The position numbers and the translations under genes are program-made. A DNA stretch of 64,000 nt from a virus, in the IMG/VR virus record IMGVR_UViG_3300045996_002184; one strand, 5' to 3'. A model generated the notes under the pieces. The model was not told the DNA's origin, made no database searches, and was given only the letters and a program-made list of their open reading frames with translations. Positions within the stretch are counted from its first letter, which is position 1. Each line of letters starts with the position of its first letter. Of the stretch, positions 7,164 through 15,322 are shown piece by piece.

Positions 7164-7183
7164 AGTTAACTTATAAGTTAACT
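7164..7183. repeat. Perfect 20-bp palindrome AGTTAACTTATAAGTTAACT
   Basis: Directly visible; intergenic. Confidence 0.85.
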
Positions 7184-7431
7184 TACGGCATCTCATAAGC
7201 AGTTAGTTTTGGTTCTCCCCGGGGTTTTTACTTCGGGGATTATTGTCTATATTGCTCCCACGTATTATTGCTTTCATAGGTCGAGCCTCGTTTCTACGGG
7301 GCTTTCCCGTTGTTAATAACCCAGGTCTCTCGCACAACTTATACACACATATAACCGTTAACAAAATCTTTTGGTTGGTAATAGCTGGTTAACATATCTT
7401 TAGATCGTCAACAACCTTAAACCCTTATTTT

Positions 7432-8016
7432 ATGCCCATCTCCGAACAACAGTTCCTGGAGTCGGCTCAGCTGCTTAACGTACCGGTCGCTGCTATCAAG
7501 GCAGTGGCTGAAGTTGAGAGCGCCGGCGCAGGTTTCCTCTCCACAGGAGAGCCCAAGATTCTCTTCGAACCTCACATCTGGTGGAAAGAACTTCGCAGAG
7601 CCGGGCTTGATCCCGCGCAAATACTCGCTGCAAATCCTGACATCTCTGACATCCTCTACCAAAAGTGGGGAAGCAAACCTTATGGCGGTATCATGGTACA
7701 ACACAAAAGGCTAGCTCGTGCCGTAGATGTTAACCGGGAGACTGCACTGATGAGCGCCTCTTACGGTAAGTTCCAGATCTGTGGTTTCAACTGGCAGCTT
7801 TGCGGTTGCAGGGACCTGCAGGAGTTCATCAACAAGATGTACCGGGACGAAGATGCCCAGCTGGAGCTGTTCTGTAATTACATCAAGCGGACTCACCTGG
7901 ATGATGAACTGCGTGAGGGAGACTGGGCGGCCTTCGCACTGGCATACAACGGACCTTCTTACCGTAAGAATGCCTACGACACCAAACTCAGGATGGCAAA
8001 CGCCCGCTATTCATGA
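7432..8016 (+). CDS. Endolysin, N-acetylmuramidase (DUF3380-type)
   Basis: AIKAVAEVES...PKILFEPH...SASYGKFQICGFNW...DWAAFALAYNGPSY..NAYDTKL motifs. Confidence 0.9.
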   Translation: MPISEQQFLESAQLLNVPVAAIKAVAEVESAGAGFLSTGEPKILFEPHIWWKELRRAGLDPAQILAANPDISDILYQKWGSKPYGGIMVQHKRLARAVDVNRETALMSASYGKFQICGFNWQLCGCRDLQEFINKMYRDEDAQLELFCNYIKRTHLDDELREGDWAAFALAYNGPSYRKNAYDTKLRMANARYS

Positions 8017-8579
8017 TACACGTTATTCATACAAGTGACAGGGTTGACCGGTATGAACTTTTGCAGAAGGAAGTGCATACTCACGCTCTCAAAATCAACC
8101 TCTGGCAGGGAGAGAGAGCTACCCCGGTATCAAAAGGGGTGGCCCTTTCCCATAAAAAGATCGTGCAGTGGGCGCTTGACACCGGGTTGCCGGAAGTGTG
8201 TATCGCTGAAAACGACTTTCACCTTGTCGGTACCGGTGCCTGGGAACATTTCCTCTCTCAGAAGCCTGCTGAATACGACCTCTACCTCGCTTCTATGTAT
8301 GTGAAGTGGCCGGTGGGAGATACCTCAGACGTCAAAGACTTCCGCGGTATGACGCTTTACTTCGTTCACTCACGTTTTTACTCAAGGTTTCTTTCTGTAC
8401 CCGATCAAGGGCACATAGATTTTCAATTATCACGCTTAACCGATAGAAAATATGTCGTCTGTTACCCTTTTGCTGCGATCCAGCATGAAACCTACTCTGA
8501 TAATGCTAAGACGACGCACAGAAACCAGGACTACCTCGCAGACAAATTACTTTATGACCCATTCATTCAAACCCAATGA
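8013..8579 (+). CDS. Glycosyltransferase, GT25-like
   Basis: RVDRYE...KGVALSHKKI...VCIAENDF matches the GT25 R..R / G..LSH / LEDD pattern. Confidence 0.65.
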   Translation: MIHVIHTSDRVDRYELLQKEVHTHALKINLWQGERATPVSKGVALSHKKIVQWALDTGLPEVCIAENDFHLVGTGAWEHFLSQKPAEYDLYLASMYVKWPVGDTSDVKDFRGMTLYFVHSRFYSRFLSVPDQGHIDFQLSRLTDRKYVVCYPFAAIQHETYSDNAKTTHRNQDYLADKLLYDPFIQTQ

Positions 8580-9394
8580 ACCCAAAAGACATGAAGATCC
8601 TTTACAAATTCGCATCCCGCTCCCGGCCAGAGAAGCTGGTAGCAGGGATACGTAATATCATCGACAACTCCCGTCATGATCAGTACATAATACTGCTCAC
8701 ACTCGATTCAGATGATTTAACGGTACCGGTCGGCGACCTGAGCGCTCTTTTAATGAAGTATCCGGGCAAGATCCGGATAAATTACGGCGTTAGTTCCGGG
8801 AAGATCGACGCCATTAACCGGGATATGGATCGAGCGGATCTCACGGCAGATAAAGCCTGGGACGTACTCGTTAATATGAGCGATGACATGCAGTTCATCA
8901 AACCCGGGTTCGACCTGGATATCCTGCTGGACATGTGCCTTTACTTTCCTGATACCGATGGAGTCTTGCATTACCCTGACGGGTTCACCGGGGATAAGAT
9001 CATTACCATGTCGATCATGGGTAGGAAATACTTCGAGCGTTTCGGGTACATCTATCACCCGGAGTATAAGTCCTTGTTCTGCGATAATGAATTTACTGAG
9101 GTGGCCAAAATGATCGGTAAGTACCGGTTCATTGAGAAGAATCTCTATCGACACAATCACCCGGCCTGGGGCGCGGGCGAGAACGATGATCAGTACCGAA
9201 AGACTGAAAGTTATTATATGCAGGACCGTGACGTATGGATAGTAAGAAAAAACAAAAACTACGACCTTGAAAAAGATCTCAATTCTTGTATGTTCATTGC
9301 TCCAGCGGGAACATCACCTGAACAACCTGATGAAGTTGCTTTCACCACAGATGGCCGAGTGGCCTGTATCGGTGGAGATACTCACAGCGATTGA
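8576..9394 (+). CDS. Glycosyltransferase, GT-A fold (GT2-like); last ~42 codons may be read-through
   Basis: KFASRSRPEK, GKIDAINRD, DVLVNMSDDM, YKSLFCDNEFTE..HNHPAW motifs. Confidence 0.75.
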   Translation: MNPKDMKILYKFASRSRPEKLVAGIRNIIDNSRHDQYIILLTLDSDDLTVPVGDLSALLMKYPGKIRINYGVSSGKIDAINRDMDRADLTADKAWDVLVNMSDDMQFIKPGFDLDILLDMCLYFPDTDGVLHYPDGFTGDKIITMSIMGRKYFERFGYIYHPEYKSLFCDNEFTEVAKMIGKYRFIEKNLYRHNHPAWGAGENDDQYRKTESYYMQDRDVWIVRKNKNYDLEKDLNSCMFIAPAGTSPEQPDEVAFTTDGRVACIGGDTHSD

Positions 9395-9857
9395 TTCAGG
9401 CGAGTGGACCACTGGCAGGAAGCGTAACTGGTTGCTCTCTCAAGCTGTCGGCGACTACGTTGTCTTCGTGGATGATGACGACGAGATACCAGCCTACTAC
9501 GTGGAAGAGCTGCTTAAAGCTCATGGCAGTGGCGCTGATTGCTTCGGTATCAACGGTATCATAACAACCAATGGTGCCGATGAGAAGCAATGGTTCATAT
9601 CTAAGGATTACGAGTATAAGGCGGAACAGCGTGACGGACGTGAAGTATACTTGCGCTACCCAAATCATATTACACCCATCAAAAGGAAGATAGCCTTGCT
9701 CGCTGAATTCCCGGATGTGTCCCATGGTGAGGATTACGAGTGGGCGACAAAGATTCGAAAGACCGGTAAGATCAAAACTGAGTGCACTATTGAGCGGCCG
9801 ATGTATCACTACAAATTCGTAACCCATAAACCTTTATTACATGTACAGCCAGAATAA
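9267..9857 (+). CDS. Glycosyltransferase family 2 (TTG start)
   Basis: ISILVCSL, GRKRNWLLSQAVGDYVVFVDDDD and GEDYEWA motifs. Confidence 0.85.
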   Translation: MKKISILVCSLLQREHHLNNLMKLLSPQMAEWPVSVEILTAIDSGEWTTGRKRNWLLSQAVGDYVVFVDDDDEIPAYYVEELLKAHGSGADCFGINGIITTNGADEKQWFISKDYEYKAEQRDGREVYLRYPNHITPIKRKIALLAEFPDVSHGEDYEWATKIRKTGKIKTECTIERPMYHYKFVTHKPLLHVQPE

Positions 9858-10464
9858 TGAAGAGGAGATCATCCTCAAATACTTTTCATCCAATTCATAC
9901 GAGAAGGGTACTGTACTCTCCATCGGGGAGAATGACGGTAAAACCTTAAGCAATTCACTGGCCCTGATCGAACGGGGCTGGAGCGGTATCCTGGTAGAAC
10001 CGGACCCGGGAGTATTCGCTAAATGCGTGGCCCTGCACGGTGACAACAGGAACGTACAATGTGTCAACGCGGCCGTAGGACCGGTGAAAGGAAAACAGAA
10101 GTTTTGGAGCAGTGGCTCGCTGCTTGGTACCGGTGACATGTCGCTGGTCTCTACGCTTGATCCCGAAGAACTAAAAAGGTGGGAGGCTGCCCGCATTCCT
10201 TTCCGCGAGATGGAGGTGGATGTTATTACAACCGAAGACCTGATCGACATGCTGCCTGCGCACCAGTGTTTTGATTTCATATCCATTGATGCGGAAGGAT
10301 ACGACTTTCTTATCCTCACCCAGATCGATCTTGACCGTGTGGGTTGTAATCTTATATGCGTAGAGTGGAACGGCAAGAATTTCGAGCAGTATGATGATTA
10401 TATAACAGGATTCGGCTTCAGGCTGATCCATTCAAACCAGGAAAATTTGATCTATGGCAGATAA
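9841..10464 (+). CDS. FkbM-family methyltransferase
   Basis: VLSIGENDGKTLSNS...WSGILVEP, DFISIDAEGYDFLIL, LICVEWN. Confidence 0.85.
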   Translation: MYSQNNEEEIILKYFSSNSYEKGTVLSIGENDGKTLSNSLALIERGWSGILVEPDPGVFAKCVALHGDNRNVQCVNAAVGPVKGKQKFWSSGSLLGTGDMSLVSTLDPEELKRWEAARIPFREMEVDVITTEDLIDMLPAHQCFDFISIDAEGYDFLILTQIDLDRVGCNLICVEWNGKNFEQYDDYITGFGFRLIHSNQENLIYGR

Positions 10465-11212
10465 ATGCATTATCTCTTACGCCTCTTCCGGCCGGGAGAA
10501 TTATAACAAAGCGCAGCTTAACATGATCCGTTCCTGCAAGAATGCGGGTTGGGACGGGGATTATTTAATTCGTTCCCTCGACGGTTACGTCGATGAATAT
10601 CTCGGCGTAAAGATTCACCAGGGTAAACCCGTCAGTCGAGTGTATGGTAACAAGGAAATGAGTTACCAGTGCTACAACCATAACGAGGTACCATACCAGT
10701 TCAAGCCTTACCTGATAGCAGAAGCACTGGAGCTGGGTTACCGCAAGATCATCTGGTGTGACTCGACTGTCAGAATGGTAAAGGACCCGATGACGCTGTT
10801 CAGAAATCACAAGAGTGATTATGGTGTAATCGGTTTCGATAACCTTGGGCACCCGTTGCACCAGTACCTGCACGACTACGCGTTGGAAAGACTGGAGATA
10901 TCAGAAGAAGATTTACCCAATGTAAAACAGATCATGGCTTGTGTCATGCTCTTCGATTTTACTCGCCCGGGTACGTTTCGGATATTCGAGGAGTGGATGA
11001 AGATGTCCCATGATGGAGTATCGTTTCAGAACTACGGTTCTAAGCGTGAAGCTTTCAAAGTACATCGCCACGACCAGGCATGCATGAGTGGTCTTCTTCA
11101 CAAGTATGGCGTACCTTTATTACCGTATGGCAGACTGGTGTATCCACCCCATGACCAGGAGCCATTCGATTTTGGTACCGATATTTATTTTGTAAACAAA
11201 GGAGTGAACTAA
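10454..11212 (+). CDS. Putative nucleotide-diphospho-sugar transferase
   Basis: FKPYLIAEAL...IIWCDST and HRHDQACMS motifs typical of GT-A-like enzymes. Confidence 0.6.
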   Translation: MADKCIISYASSGRENYNKAQLNMIRSCKNAGWDGDYLIRSLDGYVDEYLGVKIHQGKPVSRVYGNKEMSYQCYNHNEVPYQFKPYLIAEALELGYRKIIWCDSTVRMVKDPMTLFRNHKSDYGVIGFDNLGHPLHQYLHDYALERLEISEEDLPNVKQIMACVMLFDFTRPGTFRIFEEWMKMSHDGVSFQNYGSKREAFKVHRHDQACMSGLLHKYGVPLLPYGRLVYPPHDQEPFDFGTDIYFVNKGVN

Positions 11213-11214
11213 AT

Positions 11215-11814
11215 ATGGGAGTAACAGACTTTTCTATCAAGCTGCTGGAGACAGCCATGCAGCACACTACTGTAAAGCGGGTGGTAGAACTCGGTGCTCA
11301 GAACCTGTACACTGCAGGTAAGGATTACGGTAAGTATGCGGACCATTATTATAAGCTCCTCGGTATCGAATACACCTGTATCGATGTATCGAAGGAGAAC
11401 TCGTCTCTTAGCTGGGACCTGTCGCGTCCGGTCAATGATTTCGGCCAGGCGATCGGTTTTGACCTGGTAACTGACTTCGGTACAAGTGAGCATGTGGGAG
11501 ATGACGGCAAGTTCGGCTGGGAAGCGATCTATAACTGCTGGCTGACCAAGCATCGGCTCTTAAGAATAGGTGGCGTTATGGTGAGTGAGAATCCTAAGAC
11601 TGGTAACTGGCCCGGGCATGGTTTCAATTATTACTCACTGGAGTTCTATTCGAAGCTGCAAGCCATCGCTGGATATACGGTCATTGATATCGGTGAGAAC
11701 GCTGCCATGGGTAATATAACCGATGGATGGAACGTGTACTGTATCATGAAGAAAACCTCTGAGGTATTTCCAACGCTGGAGCAGTTCATGACCCTACCAC
11801 TCAAGACAAGTTAA
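11215..11814 (+). CDS. Class I SAM-dependent methyltransferase
   Basis: VVELGAQ (motif I), YTCIDV, FDLVTDFGTSEHV, LLRIGGVMV. Confidence 0.8.
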   Translation: MGVTDFSIKLLETAMQHTTVKRVVELGAQNLYTAGKDYGKYADHYYKLLGIEYTCIDVSKENSSLSWDLSRPVNDFGQAIGFDLVTDFGTSEHVGDDGKFGWEAIYNCWLTKHRLLRIGGVMVSENPKTGNWPGHGFNYYSLEFYSKLQAIAGYTVIDIGENAAMGNITDGWNVYCIMKKTSEVFPTLEQFMTLPLKTS

Positions 11815-12198
11815 ATGGAAAGACGTACTATAAAAGATGTACCGGTAGCCAACTCGCGTATCTATGACGAGGTAGCTCACAAGAACCGTATTCGCAAAGG
11901 AGAGGTAGAAGATATCATCACCTTTGTGGGACAGTACACAGCCGGGGTGCTGAAAGCCGATAACATGGAGTCGGTACAGCTTCCTTACTTCGGTAAGTTC
12001 AAACCAAAGAAAAGCAGGATCAAGGTGCTGAAGAAAATAGAGGAAGGACAACGAAACGGCAAGGACCTTATCTACCGTGCGCTTACCGGGAGAAACATGA
12101 CCACTAAACCCAACCCAGATGAAATTATTCGAGATCGACGAGAACTACCAGGTGAGGATCAACAAGGAGTGGATCCTTCTGATACCGGAGCTGGCTGA
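11815..12198 (+). CDS. HU/IHF-like DNA-binding protein
   Basis: IYDEVAHKNRIRKGEVEDII...SVQLPYFGKFKPK pattern. Confidence 0.65.
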   Translation: MERRTIKDVPVANSRIYDEVAHKNRIRKGEVEDIITFVGQYTAGVLKADNMESVQLPYFGKFKPKKSRIKVLKKIEEGQRNGKDLIYRALTGRNMTTKPNPDEIIRDRRELPGEDQQGVDPSDTGAG

Positions 12199-12883
12199 GC
12201 TTTTCCGTCGCGATAAGGGCACAGTGAGAAAAGACCCTGACGGTAAATCCATCCGTGTGAAGCAACAGGTTCACCGGGAACTCGCATTCATATATTTCTA
12301 CGTATCATTTGCCTCACCACTTAGGGACTGGCCTGATCATGAGCGTCTGCTGGAGAGTCTCAAATACGCCAACCTTACTGAGAAGGATATTGATAAGGAC
12401 GTTCAGGCAGCCTGCGAGATGTATAGGAAACTGCAACTCAGTACCGCTCGTTCACTTCGTACACTCAATTCTATATGGAAGGGACTGGATGCGCTTGACA
12501 CGCACTTCGAGAGTATCAACTTTACCAAGACCAACAAGCTGGGTAACCTCGTGAACAGCCCGACTGACTTCACGGCTTCGATCGTAAAGCTGGAGATGAT
12601 GTACGATGCGCTCAATAAATTCGAGAAACGTGTGGAAGAAGAACTCAAGAACCCCGATACCGGTATACGTGGTACCGCTGTAAAAGGGGAGAACGAGGAT
12701 AAGAAAAGAAAGTGGAGTGAGAGTGATATCGCTCAAGGTTCAGTGAAGTCTTCCGAAGGTGAGGGACCTAACAGTAACGGGCGCGATATGACCGGGTTCA
12801 TGCACATTGTCCAAAAAGAAATGAGCGCGGCTGATATCTTCCAGGATAAGGAAGATGACGATGAAGATGAAGATGATCTTTAA
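12119..12883 (+). CDS. Conserved crAss-like protein upstream of TerL (terminase small subunit candidate)
   Basis: Position and helical composition with acidic tail; function inferred from synteny only. Confidence 0.45.
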   Translation: MKLFEIDENYQVRINKEWILLIPELAELFRRDKGTVRKDPDGKSIRVKQQVHRELAFIYFYVSFASPLRDWPDHERLLESLKYANLTEKDIDKDVQAACEMYRKLQLSTARSLRTLNSIWKGLDALDTHFESINFTKTNKLGNLVNSPTDFTASIVKLEMMYDALNKFEKRVEEELKNPDTGIRGTAVKGENEDKKRKWSESDIAQGSVKSSEGEGPNSNGRDMTGFMHIVQKEMSAADIFQDKEDDDEDEDDL

Positions 12884-12900
12884 CCAATAAACCAATAGTC

Positions 12901-13173
12901 ATGTCAGAATTAACACGCGGCCAACAGGTCATGTCAGTAAGTTTCAATCCCGGACAAAGGGATGATGTAGGTACTATCAAACTCGCTTTCGCCAACACCT
13001 TCGACGTCATTGCGTACTGGGCTGATGAAGCGGTAGCTGCAGCTGTACAGAAGGAAAAGGAGACTGGTGTTTCCACGGCCGGGCAGGTAAGTGATATCCG
13101 CAGGCTGGAAGCAATCTCCAAGACTAACCTGGAGACAGCGCAGATGTACGCCGTAAAAGCAGTGACCCGCTAA
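12901..13173 (+). CDS. Small helical-hairpin protein, possibly Acb2/Tad1-hairpin-like
   Basis: SFNPG...IK.AFA...RLEAISKTNLETAQMYAVKA pattern; family assignment from memory. Confidence 0.4.
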   Translation: MSELTRGQQVMSVSFNPGQRDDVGTIKLAFANTFDVIAYWADEAVAAAVQKEKETGVSTAGQVSDIRRLEAISKTNLETAQMYAVKAVTR

Positions 13174-15281
13174 TGGCATTTCACTCACTCGTAAATACCG
13201 GTTACTTTTCCGAGGCTGCAAAAGGCTGGGTGAAAAACGGGGGACGTTACACAGACGCCCCCGTCGGATCCCGTGACTACCACCAGTACTGGGAAGAGCA
13301 GGAGAAGCGCTGTCTCTACGGCTATAAAGTAGGCGATCTTTGGATACCGGGGAGATTCTACTTCTATCTGAACTTCTTTCCCATGTCGCGGGTACCTGAG
13401 GCAACCCTCATGCGCGCGCTGGAAGAAAGAAGGAGCGGGCGCAAAGGAACGATATCGGTATCCACGGCTGAAAAGACGATCGATTTTCCCAAGTTCTGGG
13501 AGATAGACTATGAGTGGTGGAACTTCAAACACATTGCCTGGTACGGTGGAAAGTTCATGGGTATAGAGTCCGAAGGTGGTAAACACATGTGTTGCCTCAA
13601 AACGCGTGGTGCAGGTTTCTCCTACAAGGAAGCTGCCGACGGTATCTACAACTATAACTTCATTGATGGCAGTAAGTCATACTTCTTCGCAGGAGCTGAG
13701 CCCTACCTCGTGGGTGACGCAATCATGGATAAGGTACAAGGTGGCCTTGATTGGCTGAACCAGTACTGTACTCCTTGGTATAAGAACCGCCAGAAGAAGT
13801 ACACGATCACTCACCAGAGAGCATCTTACGTCGATGATTTCAACCGGGAGCGTGGTAGCTTCTCGGAGATCATCGCCCAGATCGTAGACAAGCCTTCGAA
13901 GACCAGGGGTAAGAGAGGACGCAAGGCTTCCTTCGAGGAAGGTGGATCCTTCCCACACATGGAAGATGCGCTTGAAGTATGTCTTGGTTCCATGCGCGAA
14001 GGCTCGGTGTACGTAGGCCAGGTAACGGTTTTCGGTACCGGTGGTGAGCAGGGACCTGGTATCCAGGGACTGGAGAACGTATTCAACTCCCCTGAGAGCT
14101 GGGATATGCTGGCGTTCCCTAACATCTATGACGAGGGCATGCAACACACATCCTGCGGTTACTTCGTTCCATGCTACCGGGCAGACTCCTGGTTTATGGA
14201 CGAGAACGGTAACGTGGATGTGGCGGGTGCTATCAAATCAGATGAGAAGGAACGGCAGAAGAAAAAGAAGAGCGGTAAACCAAAGGATCTTGATCGCAGG
14301 AAAGCGGAGTACCCGCGCAACCCCTCGGAAGCACTGCAGCGTCTTACGCTCAACGGGTTCAATATCGCAGAGATCGACGCCCAGATAAACCGCATCAGGA
14401 GTGACAAGGCAATCCAGGGGCTGCTACGTCACGGTGAATTCGTGACTTCTGAGGCCGGCATAGGCGGGTACGACTTTGATATCAAACCCAAACACGTTGC
14501 ACGGCCGATCGAGCACTTTCCGCATAACAATGGCGATGACCTGGAAGGTTGCGTTACGATCGTTCAGCGCCCTTACCAGGATCAGAAAGGTAACGTACCT
14601 GCAGGTATGTATATCATTACGTTCGACGGTATCGCAAAAGAAGAGTCCGAGGATAAGACCTCACTGTTCTCTTTCAAGGTATGGAAACAAGAGAACTTTG
14701 TTGACTCGTCTTATACCGGTCTCCCGGTAGCCTGGTGCGCCGGCAGGCCCCGGAGCCTGAATAAGAACTTCGAACGTCTTTTCGCCGCGGCTGAGTATTA
14801 CAACGCGGAGATACAAGGTGAGATCGCAGGTGGGGGACAGATGGTGGTGAACTATGCCCGTACGCACCGTAAACTCCACAGGCTCAAAAAAGAGCCGGAC
14901 ATGACTCACAATAAGGAACTGGCTTCTAAGTCAGCCGGTAACTCGATGCTCATGAACATGCCTACCGATCGTAAGCTGGTAGGTATCTCATACCTGGAAG
15001 ACTGGCACGTAGAACCCCGGGGAGTGGACGAGAAAGGTAACGTGATACTTACTATTCACCGGATATATGATATCGCATGGCTACTGGAGATGAAGAAGTT
15101 TGATCCCTCGAAGCTGAAGGGTAACTATGACCGTATATCTGACGCGCTGATCGCAATGTTCGAACTGAAAGAACGGATCGCTCAGCTGATTGGTCACAGG
15201 AGAGCCTCCAAGAAGATACTCGGCGGACGTCCGCTCTTCGGCGCTTCCGGTCCGGTGCAGGGTACTACTAGCGCGTATTGA
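13173..15281 (+). CDS. terL: Terminase large subunit
   Basis: crAss-type YYFYLNF, LKTRGAGFSY (Walker A region), FEEGG (Walker B), FGTGG, and a C-terminal nuclease with D..DR.SDA. Confidence 0.92.
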   Translation: MAFHSLVNTGYFSEAAKGWVKNGGRYTDAPVGSRDYHQYWEEQEKRCLYGYKVGDLWIPGRFYFYLNFFPMSRVPEATLMRALEERRSGRKGTISVSTAEKTIDFPKFWEIDYEWWNFKHIAWYGGKFMGIESEGGKHMCCLKTRGAGFSYKEAADGIYNYNFIDGSKSYFFAGAEPYLVGDAIMDKVQGGLDWLNQYCTPWYKNRQKKYTITHQRASYVDDFNRERGSFSEIIAQIVDKPSKTRGKRGRKASFEEGGSFPHMEDALEVCLGSMREGSVYVGQVTVFGTGGEQGPGIQGLENVFNSPESWDMLAFPNIYDEGMQHTSCGYFVPCYRADSWFMDENGNVDVAGAIKSDEKERQKKKKSGKPKDLDRRKAEYPRNPSEALQRLTLNGFNIAEIDAQINRIRSDKAIQGLLRHGEFVTSEAGIGGYDFDIKPKHVARPIEHFPHNNGDDLEGCVTIVQRPYQDQKGNVPAGMYIITFDGIAKEESEDKTSLFSFKVWKQENFVDSSYTGLPVAWCAGRPRSLNKNFERLFAAAEYYNAEIQGEIAGGGQMVVNYARTHRKLHRLKKEPDMTHNKELASKSAGNSMLMNMPTDRKLVGISYLEDWHVEPRGVDEKGNVILTIHRIYDIAWLLEMKKFDPSKLKGNYDRISDALIAMFELKERIAQLIGHRRASKKILGGRPLFGASGPVQGTTSAY

Positions 15282-15322
15282 TTATTCCCGTTATATTTGT
15301 ATCAACCTAAACCCAGTGCCTC

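Noticed and set aside
9245-9270. -1 frameshift at AAAAAAC fusing two glycosyltransferases
   Set aside because: The downstream ORF is in the +1 frame, so a -1 shift would not join them.
13173-15281. Intein or intron in terL
   Set aside because: Length and motif spacing are normal, with no C/S...HN splice motifs or LAGLIDADG/HNH insert.
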